A stretch of 64,000 bases of DNA from an uncultured Leptolinea sp. Its GTDB lineage: Bacteria; Chloroflexota; Anaerolineae; Anaerolineales; Anaerolineaceae. A program made the position numbers and the translations under genes. Under the pieces are notes generated by a model, which did no database searches, was not told where the DNA came from, and saw only the letters and a list, made by a program, of their open reading frames with translations. How positions within the stretch are numbered: position 1 is the first letter of the stretch; the number at the start of each line of letters is the position of its first letter. The DNA is taken from assembly GCA_964387025.1 (NCBI GenBank), contig CAYLUZ010000003.1, positions 261,828 to 325,827 on the forward strand. Direction: 5' to 3'. Shown here piece by piece: positions 43,701-52,660 of this stretch.

Positions 43701-44963
43701 TTATTTGAAAAGGGAGAGAAGGAACTGTGGTGCAGCGTTAGCCTGGGCTAACATGGCGGTGGCTGTTTGCTGAAGGATCATCAGCTTGGAAGCATTGACC
43801 TGTTCTTCTGCCATGTTGGCGTTCATGATCCGGTTATAAGAAGCTTCAACGTTGATCTGTGAAGTGGAGATCTGGTCTTCCTTGAAGTTTAACCGCGAGG
43901 TGAGTGCGCCGATCTTGGAAAGATTGGTGTTGACGGTATTGATGGCGGACTCGACAGTATTCATGTAGGCTGCATACTGGTCGTTGGTGGTGGCAGCGAT
44001 CTGGGCGGTACCCACTTTGGTATAGGAGAGAGATTGAAGGGCATGTGTACCGGTTGCAATGGGAGTACCGGGAGTGTCAGAATGGGTATGAACCCTCAGA
44101 CCGTTACCGAAATCCAAGGTTTGACAATCACCATTACTGTCATAAGCGAAGGTCAAAGCAGAACCCACAGCACCGCCATCAATGCCATCAGTATCCACAT
44201 TGATTACATTTCCGTTGGAGTCAAATAACTGGACTGTGCTGTCTGCTGTTGTACCATCTGTCGATCCGACAGTAAGGCGAACTGAATAATTCCCGGAAGC
44301 TAACTCGGTCATTCCAGCACCGGAGTTGGCGAAGACAGCTTCCCCGGCATACATGTACCTTATGCCGGAGGTGGCGGTTGTGTCCCCCGAATTGTCCATA
44401 GTACCGCTATATGAAGAAATGGTTGCATTGGTTACCAGACCGAGGGATTCAGCATCCATATTGGCAATGGCTGCCAGGTCGGTTGTTTCTCCCTGATCAG
44501 CACCGGTCTGGAACTTCAAAGTACCGGCGTTACCATCGATCAGTTTGTTGCCATTCCATTTGGTCTGTGCAACAACATCATCGATCTGAGCTGCGTAAGC
44601 TAGCAACTGGTCTTTGATAATGCCGCGCTCAGTTGCACCCATGGTGTCTGATGCAGCTGATTCCGCTTTGTTACGCATCTGGATGAGGATGTCGCTTAAG
44701 CGGCCCATTCCGGATTCTGCAACTGCCATCAGGTTCTTGGCGTCGCCGATATTGGCAAGGGCGGTCTTCAAACCTTCACTACGGGAGAGCATTTTTGTAG
44801 CAATCGTCAAACCAGCCGGATCGTCCGCGGCGCTGTTGATACGTTTACCGGTGGACAGCCGGGTGGCATGGACCGAAAGTTGTTTGTTGATATTAGCTAA
44901 TGCGTTCAGCGCATTCATCGCGCCGATATTACCAGCGATCCTGGTGACATCATTATCTGCCAT
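43701..44963 (-). CDS. fliC: Flagellin (copy 2)
   Basis: Termini nearly identical to copy 1, with a divergent central domain. Start set at MADNDV (44963) because its SD and leader are the same as in copy 1. Confidence 0.95.
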   Translation of the reverse strand: MADNDVTRIAGNIGAMNALNALANINKQLSVHATRLSTGKRINSAADDPAGLTIATKMLSRSEGLKTALANIGDAKNLMAVAESGMGRLSDILIQMRNKAESAASDTMGATERGIIKDQLLAYAAQIDDVVAQTKWNGNKLIDGNAGTLKFQTGADQGETTDLAAIANMDAESLGLVTNATISSYSGTMDNSGDTTATSGIRYMYAGEAVFANSGAGMTELASGNYSVRLTVGSTDGTTADSTVQLFDSNGNVINVDTDGIDGGAVGSALTFAYDSNGDCQTLDFGNGLRVHTHSDTPGTPIATGTHALQSLSYTKVGTAQIAATTNDQYAAYMNTVESAINTVNTNLSKIGALTSRLNFKEDQISTSQINVEASYNRIMNANMAEEQVNASKLMILQQTATAMLAQANAAPQFLLSLFK

Positions 44964-45164
44964 GTCAAACCTCCTTGTTTGTTTGGCCGGGGATCCTTCC
45001 CCATTTAGTTCTTTTGCCATGGTAAGAGCTTATTATTTTCCTGAAAAACGGTCAGCCCGCTTGTCCCGTCTTCAGCGCTCGATGGTAGACTTCCATTTCA
45101 AAAGTGGTGACGTCTCAAATAAACTGCCTCCTATAATTAGATTTGGAGTTTGTTATTTTTTGTC
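44964..45164 (-). promoter_or_regulatory. Long flagellin 5' leader (copy 2)
   Basis: Same SD, GGGGAAGGAUCCCC hairpin (44989-45002), AGGAGGCAG box (45127-45132) and stem (45044-45073) as copy 1. In this stem two C-to-U changes convert G-C pairs to G-U pairs. Confidence 0.5.
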
Positions 45165-45172
45165 TCCTACTG

Positions 45173-45199
45173 GTATCGTCAAAAACCCTTTTAACTTGA
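45173..45199 (-). promoter_or_regulatory. Sigma-28-type promoter of flagellin 2
   Basis: Identical -10 GACGATAC. The -35 at N15 is TCAA. Confidence 0.4.
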
Positions 45200-45397
45200 T
45201 TTATATTCCATAAAAATTACGTAATATTTTCTTTACACCCCCTGAGTAAGTACTTAATAAGGGAAAGGAAACATCAAAACCAAAACCGATCATTATCCCG
45301 GTCAAATTCGTAAAACCGAAAAAATATCTACCTTCACGTTATAAGGAAAAATTAGGGTAGGAATGGAAGTTTTGAGAAATTATGTACCAGGGAATGA

Positions 45398-45925
45398 TTA
45401 CTGATATCCGGTTATACTCATCGATTTACGTGCTAAAGCCTCAAACAGAAAATCGATTTCATCACCGTTTATGACGCTCGTTTGAAAAAATTCGCTTGAA
45501 TCGATAAAGCATATTCCATAGCTGTAGAGTCATCCTCCTCGATGAGCGGGTCGGATTATTTCCAACAACCACAAAAGTTATTTCAGGGGAGACGGTTACG
45601 TCCTCTTCATACCATTTTTTAGGTCTTCCGGGGTTTCTGGCCAGGTTACATCATACATAGAAGCACATGTATATGCTCCACGGTAAAAACTGGATCGATT
45701 AATGGCATCCGCGTCCAGTACTGAAAGTTCTAACTGGAAAGCTGCACCGTGCCTTCAGAGAAGGAGACTTTCCTCAACTTAAAACCCAATATACTGGTTT
45801 TTACCTGTGATCCTGTCAGTTTACCTGCGTAAAAGTGGTTGATCATGGAAGTCTTGCCTATTACATGATCCCCAGCAGGAGTAGCTTATACTAATGGAAT
45901 TTGATTATTTTCTTTCCCCTGAAAA
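45398..45925 (-). pseudogene. Decayed Ras/Rab-like small GTPase gene
   Basis: Reverse-strand translation across three frames gives YKLLLLG/GDHVIGKTSMINHFYAGKL...SILGFKLRKVSFSEGTVQL / FQLELSVLDADAINRSSFYRGAYTCASMYDVTWPETPEDLK / KKWYEEDVTVSPEITFVVVGNN / SDPLIEEDDSTAMEYALSIQANFF / TSVINGDEIDFLFEALARKSMSITGYQ*. This follows the Rab order: P-loop GxxxxGKT, G3 region, YYRGA-like, VYDVT-like, xVGNKxD-like, and ExSA...F..L. It is broken by at least 3 frameshifts and several stops. Confidence 0.55.
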
Positions 45926-45978
45926 AAATGTCGTACCTTATAAAGCTATAAGTTACTTTTACTCAAACCACAAAAATT

Positions 45979-45999
45979 ATAACTTGGCCAAAAAGTTAT
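45979..45999 (-). terminator. Weak AT-rich hairpin downstream of the GGDEF gene
   Basis: ATAACTT-ggccaaa-AAGTTAT, followed on the - strand by AATTTTTG. Confidence 0.3.
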
Positions 46000-46080
46000 C
46001 AATAATGAAGAATAAAACCAGGTATTAATCGAAATTAGATCTACAACTCAACATGTTCATCGATCAATAAAATTCCAGGT

Positions 46081-47334
46081 TTATGATGCCTGACCATCCG
46101 TTACGCGAGACTGGGCGGTTGTTATAGCTTTTCGTAAGGTGGAAGAATCATTCGCAGTAGATAACCCTATAGCCATTACAAGACTATCGCTTTTCGGCTT
46201 TGCCTGGTTATATCTTACTACGGCCTGGATCACACGTTGAACAGCCCGTTTCCCGATTGATAGCTCAGATAATGGCATCAGAACACCGAATTCATGTGAA
46301 CCGATACGGGCAGAAAGATCTTCCCTTCTGAAACATGCCCTTAATATTCCTGCCGCTTCTTTCACCTTTAAATCATCCACCGGGTATTTTCTGTCTTCAT
46401 TGAATACTTTCACTGATCTCAGTTCGCAGAATAAAACACTGATCGGATAACGCCGGCTGTTTTCCAATCTTTCGACCTCTGCTTCAAAATACACCCGGTT
46501 GAATAAACCTGTGACTGGATCATGAGTGCTAAGGTATTGAAGAGTTTCCTCTGATTTCTTCACCTTTGTGATATCACGAATGGTTTCAACTGCGCCAACG
46601 ATCTCTCCATTTGTATTTTTTAACGGGGCAGCTTTTATCCACAGGTAGATTCCTTCTGGCTTTAATGTGTTCAAAGTGATTTCTGCCGCGAGAGATTCGC
46701 CATCCTCTTCACAGGAAGGATAATGCGACTTTCGCTGATCACTATTCTCCAGGCAATAATCAATCAACATTGGGCGCCGGCTGCCATAGAAGGGGAGTGA
46801 ATACTCGTAATCGGCTTTCCCGAGGATTTCATCCGCTTTGACATGTGTGAGGTCAACCATCGCTTGATTCCATGCGGTCACTTTGCCATGAATATCAATT
46901 AATAACGTTGGATCAGGAAGAAAATCGATAATTCGTAATAATATTGATTGATTTATCTCCTCTTTGGATTCAATTAAAAGGGAACCAGATGCCTTACCCT
47001 GAACCAGGATATATTTGAATTCATTTCCAGATTCTATGATTTTTTTTATGGCTATCTCAGACCAGATACTTTTTTCAGAATCATCGCCATTAAATATGAT
47101 ATTGGTTTCAAGTAACGAGGATTTTGCAAATTGCTCAATTTCATCAGCTGCCCATGGAAAAAATTTTCGAATGGAGTCACCAACAACTGCAGTGTTTCCG
47201 GATCTGGAAACCACAGCATTAAATTCAACGATTTTAAACCTATTATCAATCAAAAGGATCGGGCAGTTTATTGCATCAAAGATCAGTTTAAATTGGTCTT
47301 CCAACATTACTCTACCTCCCGTGCAATCTTTCAT
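46081..47334 (-). CDS. PAS-containing degenerate GGDEF-domain protein (GSHEF, intact RxxD)
   Basis: 'DPVTGLFNRVYF' opens the GGDEF domain. The active-site motif reads 'GSHEF' (46288-46302), with 'RRED' exactly 5 residues upstream. The upstream metal and substrate positions ('CELRSVKVFNEDRKYPVDD') also deviate from DxDxFKxxNDxxGHxxGD. Confidence 0.8.
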   Translation of the reverse strand: MKDCTGGRVMLEDQFKLIFDAINCPILLIDNRFKIVEFNAVVSRSGNTAVVGDSIRKFFPWAADEIEQFAKSSLLETNIIFNGDDSEKSIWSEIAIKKIIESGNEFKYILVQGKASGSLLIESKEEINQSILLRIIDFLPDPTLLIDIHGKVTAWNQAMVDLTHVKADEILGKADYEYSLPFYGSRRPMLIDYCLENSDQRKSHYPSCEEDGESLAAEITLNTLKPEGIYLWIKAAPLKNTNGEIVGAVETIRDITKVKKSEETLQYLSTHDPVTGLFNRVYFEAEVERLENSRRYPISVLFCELRSVKVFNEDRKYPVDDLKVKEAAGILRACFRREDLSARIGSHEFGVLMPLSELSIGKRAVQRVIQAVVRYNQAKPKSDSLVMAIGLSTANDSSTLRKAITTAQSRVTDGQAS

Positions 47335-47538
47335 TAATATACAACTTCATTATATATTGATTATTTCTCAACACAATCTACGATTTGGTAATTATGATGA
47401 AAAAATGTCCTCCAATATTGGCATAAGAAAATAAGATTGGTAAGCTGGATCATAGAAAGTTCTTCGTTTAGGGAACTTTAAGGCAAAACTCCGCGTTAAT
47501 ACGGTTGAGTTCTGATACTTAACCAATTGGAGGGCCAA

Positions 47539-49692
47539 ATGAAAAATTATTTGAAGCGGTTGATATTTCTGTTAACATTAATTGCCTTATTAATTCCCAA
47601 ACCAGTTTTTGCGGATGGATTTATTATCCCGGATCGTCCCATCATGGAGCAATTAGTGATCCGCTACCATCACGTGGATGTGAAGATCACGAATCAGATG
47701 GCGGTGACAACCGTGGATCAGACTTTTTTCAACCCCAATGATTGGACAGTTGAAGGTATTTATTCTTTTCCCATACCGAAGGATGCAGGCATCTCTTCCT
47801 TTAAGTTATGGATCGACGAGAAAGAAGTTGCCGGAAAGCTACTGGATGCTAATCAAGCCAGACAGCAATATGAAGATATTGTGCGAACAATGCGGGACCC
47901 GGCGTTACTTGAATATACAGACCGGGGTGCAGTGCATGTACGTATCTTCCCGATAGCCAGTGGAGAAGAAAGGCGCATCCAGCTGGAATACTCACAGCCG
48001 CTGTTATCCGAAAACGGATTGGTCCGATACACTTATCCATTAAATACTGAAAAATTCTCTATGCAGCCATTGGAGAGTGTCACCGTAAAGGTAAGCATTA
48101 CATCTTTAGAACCGATCCGGGCTGTCTATTCTCCAACTCATAAAATTTCGACCACCCAGGAGGACCCTTTCCATGCTGTGGCTGGTTACGAAGACAGTAA
48201 CGTAACACCGGATACCGATTTCAGCATCTATTATTCTACTGGTACCACTGAGGCTTTTCATCTATTTACTTATAGGAACGCCGATCCGGCTGATCCGGAT
48301 GGTTATTTTATGCTGTTATTATCCCCAAAACCGGAACTGCCCACACAGATCGTTTCAAAGGATGTGATCCTGGTACTCGACCATTCCGGAAGTATGGATG
48401 GGGAAAAATTTCAACAGGTACAGGATGCGGCTGATTTTATCCTGACAAAACTGAACCCGAGTGACCAGTTCAATGTAATTTCATTCAGCACAGCTGCTGA
48501 AGCCTACTCAAGCACCATGCAGCCGGCATCCCGTGCACCTCAGGCTATCACCTGGTTAAAACGATTTTCAGCAGCCGGATCTACCGACATCAACTCGGCA
48601 CTGAAGAAAGCAGCTGACGGGAGTGATACTGAACGACCGACGTACTTGATCTTCCTTACTGATGGCTTGCCAACCGAAGGCATAACAGATACACAACAGA
48701 TCATCCAGAATTTCAATCAAGTTTCACGTAAAAACCTGCGTTTCTTCAGCTTTGGTGTGGGATACGATGTTGATACAGTCCTGCTGGATACCCTTTCCCA
48801 GGAAAATCACGGCAGCAGTACTTACGTTATGCCCGGGCAATCATTAGATGAGATCATAAGCGCGTTCTATTCCCGAATTTCCGCGCCGGTGATGACAGAT
48901 CTGAGCCTCGATTTTGGTTCCATCCAGGTCTATGACATGAATCCTAATCCATTGCCGGATCTTTTTTATGGTTCACAGGTGATGATCACAGGACGTTATC
49001 GAAGCTCCGGGTCGACCAGTATAAGCCTGACAGGGAATGTGAATGGATCAGCACTAACTCTCATGTACCCTGAACAGGTATTTACCGGGACTGCGCTGGA
49101 ACAGGATCCTTCCCTAAATTACCTGCCCGGGTTGTGGGCAACCCGAAAGATTGGCACTCTGTTGAATCAGATCCGCATCAATGGACCGGATAAAGAAACG
49201 ATTGATCAGATCGTAAAATTATCCATCCGATATGGAATTGTGACTCCGTATACTTCCTATCTCGTGACCGAACCTGATTCCCTCGGTGTGGATGCTCAAG
49301 ATCGCATCGTGGAAGAACAATTCCAGGCGATGAGCACCATGCCGGCACCTTCAACCGGGGCTGGTGCGGTAAATAAAGCCGCTGATTCCGGCGCAATGAG
49401 TGCCGCTGAAGCACCCACCCAGGATTATGAGCAAAACAGCCCGGTGAAAGTAATTGGTTCTTCGACATACCTGTTGGTGGATGGTGTTTGGACAGATACA
49501 CGCTTTGATCCCAAGAGTATGACCCCCATTAAAGTTTCGTTCCTTTCAGCGGATTATTTCAAGCTGGCTGGATACAACTTTGATGTTTCGGCTGCTTTGG
49601 CATTGGGAGAGGAAGTCATCCTTATGATCAATGGAAGATCTTATCAGGTTGTGGAAGCCGGTTTATCTCTCCCTGCAATACTTTTACCCTAG
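47539..49692 (+). CDS. Secreted VIT + von Willebrand factor A domain protein
   Basis: Signal peptide 'LIFLLTLIALLIPKPVFA', VIT-like N-terminus, vWA MIDAS 'VILVLDHSGSMDG' and 'LIFLTDGLPT'. ATG at 47539 follows GGAGGG. Confidence 0.8.
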   Translation: MKNYLKRLIFLLTLIALLIPKPVFADGFIIPDRPIMEQLVIRYHHVDVKITNQMAVTTVDQTFFNPNDWTVEGIYSFPIPKDAGISSFKLWIDEKEVAGKLLDANQARQQYEDIVRTMRDPALLEYTDRGAVHVRIFPIASGEERRIQLEYSQPLLSENGLVRYTYPLNTEKFSMQPLESVTVKVSITSLEPIRAVYSPTHKISTTQEDPFHAVAGYEDSNVTPDTDFSIYYSTGTTEAFHLFTYRNADPADPDGYFMLLLSPKPELPTQIVSKDVILVLDHSGSMDGEKFQQVQDAADFILTKLNPSDQFNVISFSTAAEAYSSTMQPASRAPQAITWLKRFSAAGSTDINSALKKAADGSDTERPTYLIFLTDGLPTEGITDTQQIIQNFNQVSRKNLRFFSFGVGYDVDTVLLDTLSQENHGSSTYVMPGQSLDEIISAFYSRISAPVMTDLSLDFGSIQVYDMNPNPLPDLFYGSQVMITGRYRSSGSTSISLTGNVNGSALTLMYPEQVFTGTALEQDPSLNYLPGLWATRKIGTLLNQIRINGPDKETIDQIVKLSIRYGIVTPYTSYLVTEPDSLGVDAQDRIVEEQFQAMSTMPAPSTGAGAVNKAADSGAMSAAEAPTQDYEQNSPVKVIGSSTYLLVDGVWTDTRFDPKSMTPIKVSFLSADYFKLAGYNFDVSAALALGEEVILMINGRSYQVVEAGLSLPAILLP

Positions 49693-49717
49693 ATTTATTT
49701 CGACCTCCGTCCTTTCG

Positions 49718-49751
49718 AAGGATCTCTCCCATTATGGAAGAGATCCTTTGC
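49718..49751 (+). terminator. Putative terminator after the vWA gene
   Basis: 10-bp stem AAGGATCTCT/AGAGATCCTT with an 11-nt loop and a short T-tract. Confidence 0.4.
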
Positions 49752-49829
49752 TATGCTCAGGATGACTGTTGAAATGTAGGTTGGTTTTACATCGTCAGCA
49801 TCCGATGGTCCTCGTAAACTGCACCGCAC

Positions 49830-49838
49830 TGGTATAAT
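49830..49838 (+). promoter_or_regulatory. Extended -10 element (TGgTATAAT) 6 nt upstream of the dinG ATG
   Basis: TGGTATAAT at 49830-49838 and ATG at 49845, with no SD in between. This implies a leaderless or near-leaderless transcript. Confidence 0.4.
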
Positions 49839-49844
49839 CAATCC

Positions 49845-52640
49845 ATGCCCTCAATTGTAGCCATCGACCTTGAAACCACCGGATTAGATCCCGAAATCGA
49901 TACCATTATTGAGATCGGCGCAATCCGATTCAATGAACATCGAATTGAAGATGAATACTCTACGCTGGTAAATCCCAAGCGGCCAATCTCATCTTTCATA
50001 TCCCAATTGACTGGAATTTCAAATGAGATGGTCAGCCACGCCCCTGAACTTCGTCCGACTCTGGCGGAGATCGCAGTTTTTGTGGATAACTCTATTGTCA
50101 TCGGGCATAATGTAAATTTTGATCTGAGCTTTCTCCGGAAACATGGAATTCTGGAAGAAAATCAGTCCATCGATACATACGACCTGGCCAGTGTCCTGCT
50201 TCCCACGTCCACCCGTTATAACTTGACATACCTGGCGGGTTTTTTGACCATCCCTGCGGAAGATATGCATCGGGCATTGAATGATGCCAGGGTAACTATG
50301 CATGTCTATCAAAAACTGCTTGCCAAAGTGGAAGAACTCCCCATTGAATTACTGGCTGAGATCGTCCGTCTCAGCGAACCATTTGACTGGCAGGGTGCTT
50401 ATCCGTTCCAGCAGGTGCTCCGCAAGAAAAGCCGCCAGCCAATACAAGCAAAACGTAGCGGAGGCGGTTTCTCAGGACCTTTATTCGAAAAACTGGTTGA
50501 ACACGCTGCACCATTAAAAGTAAATTCTGAATTTACTCCCATAAATATTGAAGAAGCGGCATCACTTCTTGAGGACGGTGGTCCATTCTCCAAGTATTTC
50601 TCTGAATTTGAGCACCGGTCCGAGCAAGTGGAGATGTTAAAGACCGTCGCTAAAGCATTCAATGACAACGGCCATCTACTGGTCGAAGCCGGCACCGGTA
50701 CTGGCAAATCATACGCTTATCTCATTCCTGCTGCGTTATGGGCGATGAAGAATAACGCCCGGGTGGTTATCTCCACCAATACCATCAACCTCCAGGACCA
50801 ATTGATCAAGAAAGATATTCCCGACCTTACCAAAGCGCTTGGGATTGATCTAAGGGCTGCCGTAATGAAAGGCAAGAACAATTACCTTTGCCCTCGTCGA
50901 CTTGAGGCTGCCCGTTTGCATGTACCGGGTTCTCTGGACGAATTACGTGTGTTGGCAAAGGTATTGACCTGGCTATCTGAAGGCGGAAATGGGGATCGCA
51001 GCGAGATCAATTTGAATGGTCCAGCCGAACGTGACGCCTGGGGAAAGCTCTCCGCAGAGGATGATGCCTGTAAATTGGAAACATGCGTCAAGCGGACAGG
51101 CGGCGCTTGTCCCTTCTACCGGGCTCGAGAGGCTACCCAATCTGCACACATCATTGTCATCAATCATGCCCTGCTCCTGGCAGATATAGCCACCGGCAGC
51201 CGGGTCTTACCCGAATTCTATTACCTGATCGTGGATGAAGGCCATCACTTGGAAGATGCCACGACCAGCGCTTTGAGCTTTAAGAGCAACCAGCCGGATC
51301 TTGAGCGGTTATTACGCGAACTTGGCGGTTCGTCTTCGGGCATCCTGGGCCGCTACTTGACAGCAATTCGTCATACTGCCCCGCCAGCTGATGCAGCCGG
51401 TCAGGAAGTGATTATCCGGCAAACCACCGATCATGCCTTTCAAGTGGAAAATCTCACCCGGCGGTTTTTTAATACCATTGACCTTTTCCTTGAAAATCAG
51501 CGTGAAGGGAAAAAATTGGGGACTTATTCCCAGCAGGTGCGAATAACTGCAGGCACCCGTGTGCAGCCAGATTGGACAGAGGTTGAGATCGTTTGGGATG
51601 ACCTCAATAATTTATTCAAGCAATTGATTTCATCCCTCAATAAGATCTACACCTGGGTCGGTGAAAATTATGCCGATGCCTCTGATGAATTAATGGATAT
51701 CCAGGGTTCCATTGGAAACATGATCCGCCGGCTGATCGAGATCCAGATTAACTTGAATGGGTTGGTGAGTGTTCCGGAAAGTGATCGTATATACTGGGCA
51801 GAACTTGCTCCCAATGGTTACCGATTGAGCTTACAGGCCGCTCCTCTCCACATAGGCTCATTAATGGAACAGCATATGTGGAATCAGAAGAGCAGCATTA
51901 TAGTAACTTCTGCCACGCTTACGACTGCAGGTGATTTTGGATACCTGCGGGGTCGATTGAATGCTAATGATGCCGATGAGCTGGCTGTTGGTTCACCTTT
52001 TGACTATGAAAACTCTGCCCTGCTCTACCTGGTGAATGATTTCCCTGAACCTTCAGAAGCAGACCGGTTCCAGGGTGAGGTCAATAGTGCGGTTATTCGT
52101 TTATGTAAAGCCACCAATGGCCGGACTTTGGTTTTGTTTACTTCTTATGCACAATTAAGGAAAACGTCCCAAAGTATAGGTCCGGCACTAGCCGGCAGCG
52201 GTATTGAGGTCTTTGAACAGGGAGAAGGAGCTTCGGCTACCACCCTACTCGAAAACTTCCGTACTGCCGAAAAAGCGGTGCTATTGGGGACACGCGCATT
52301 CTGGGAAGGTGTGGATATTCCGGGGGAGTCATTGTCGGTCGTCGTGATCGTCAAATTACCGTTCGACGTACCTTCGGACCCGATCATTGCGGCGCGGTCA
52401 GAGACATTTGAAGACCCGTTCAACGAATATCAGATCCCGGAAGCCATCTTAAAATTCCGCCAAGGCTTTGGCCGTTTGATCCGCACTCAATCAGATCGGG
52501 GAGTGGTCGTGGTATTGGATAAAAGGATCTTGAGTAAAAAGTATGGCAAATATTTCATTGAATCGATCCCAAAATGTAAAATGGTCATCGGATCGGTGGT
52601 TGATCTGCCTAAAACTGCAGAAAAGTGGTTGAACCAGTAA
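49845..52640 (+). CDS. dinG: DnaQ-like 3'-5' exonuclease fused to a DinG/XPD-family helicase
   Basis: N-terminal ExoI-III 'VAIDLETTGL', 'IGHNVNFDLSFL', 'HRALNDA'. Helicase 'VEAGTGTGKS', 'DEGHHLED'. Four Cys ('LCPRR', 'ACKLETC', 'ACPFY') in the Fe-S insertion. C-terminal 'FWEGVDIPG', 'QGFGRLIR'. Confidence 0.9.
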   Translation: MPSIVAIDLETTGLDPEIDTIIEIGAIRFNEHRIEDEYSTLVNPKRPISSFISQLTGISNEMVSHAPELRPTLAEIAVFVDNSIVIGHNVNFDLSFLRKHGILEENQSIDTYDLASVLLPTSTRYNLTYLAGFLTIPAEDMHRALNDARVTMHVYQKLLAKVEELPIELLAEIVRLSEPFDWQGAYPFQQVLRKKSRQPIQAKRSGGGFSGPLFEKLVEHAAPLKVNSEFTPINIEEAASLLEDGGPFSKYFSEFEHRSEQVEMLKTVAKAFNDNGHLLVEAGTGTGKSYAYLIPAALWAMKNNARVVISTNTINLQDQLIKKDIPDLTKALGIDLRAAVMKGKNNYLCPRRLEAARLHVPGSLDELRVLAKVLTWLSEGGNGDRSEINLNGPAERDAWGKLSAEDDACKLETCVKRTGGACPFYRAREATQSAHIIVINHALLLADIATGSRVLPEFYYLIVDEGHHLEDATTSALSFKSNQPDLERLLRELGGSSSGILGRYLTAIRHTAPPADAAGQEVIIRQTTDHAFQVENLTRRFFNTIDLFLENQREGKKLGTYSQQVRITAGTRVQPDWTEVEIVWDDLNNLFKQLISSLNKIYTWVGENYADASDELMDIQGSIGNMIRRLIEIQINLNGLVSVPESDRIYWAELAPNGYRLSLQAAPLHIGSLMEQHMWNQKSSIIVTSATLTTAGDFGYLRGRLNANDADELAVGSPFDYENSALLYLVNDFPEPSEADRFQGEVNSAVIRLCKATNGRTLVLFTSYAQLRKTSQSIGPALAGSGIEVFEQGEGASATTLLENFRTAEKAVLLGTRAFWEGVDIPGESLSVVVIVKLPFDVPSDPIIAARSETFEDPFNEYQIPEAILKFRQGFGRLIRTQSDRGVVVVLDKRILSKKYGKYFIESIPKCKMVIGSVVDLPKTAEKWLNQ

Positions 52641-52660
52641 TCTGACTTTGCTCCAGGGCG

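Larger units (their letters stand above)
42166..45224 (-). repeat. Tandem duplication of a flagellin gene plus leader and promoter (two ~1.5-kb units)
   Basis: Near-identical DNA across the N- and C-terminal coding parts, SD, leader blocks, -10 box and an upstream TTACGTAA palindrome. The central coding parts are diverged. Confidence 0.85.

Noticed and set aside
44964-45020. A 19-codon N-terminal extension (MAKELNGEGSPAKQTRRFD) of flagellin copy 2, as given in the ORF track
   Set aside because: The DNA here is the same SD and CsrA-hairpin leader found upstream of copy 1, which is not open in that frame. Both genes share the AAGGAGGTTTGA(A/C)ATG context at MADNDV, so the extension is leader RNA rather than coding sequence.
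47483-47520. A GCAAAAC...hairpin segment upstream of the VIT-vWA gene, examined as a third c-di-GMP riboswitch
   Set aside because: It lacks the GNRA-capped P2 hairpin, the ACGCAAAGC core and the GGUUACCGA 3' element. The resemblance is limited to seven nucleotides.
47539-49692. The VIT-vWA protein as a substrate of the nearby sortase-fold enzymes
   Set aside because: There is no C-terminal LPXTG-like motif followed by a hydrophobic segment and a basic tail. The only LPxxG string (LPTEG) is internal to the vWA domain.
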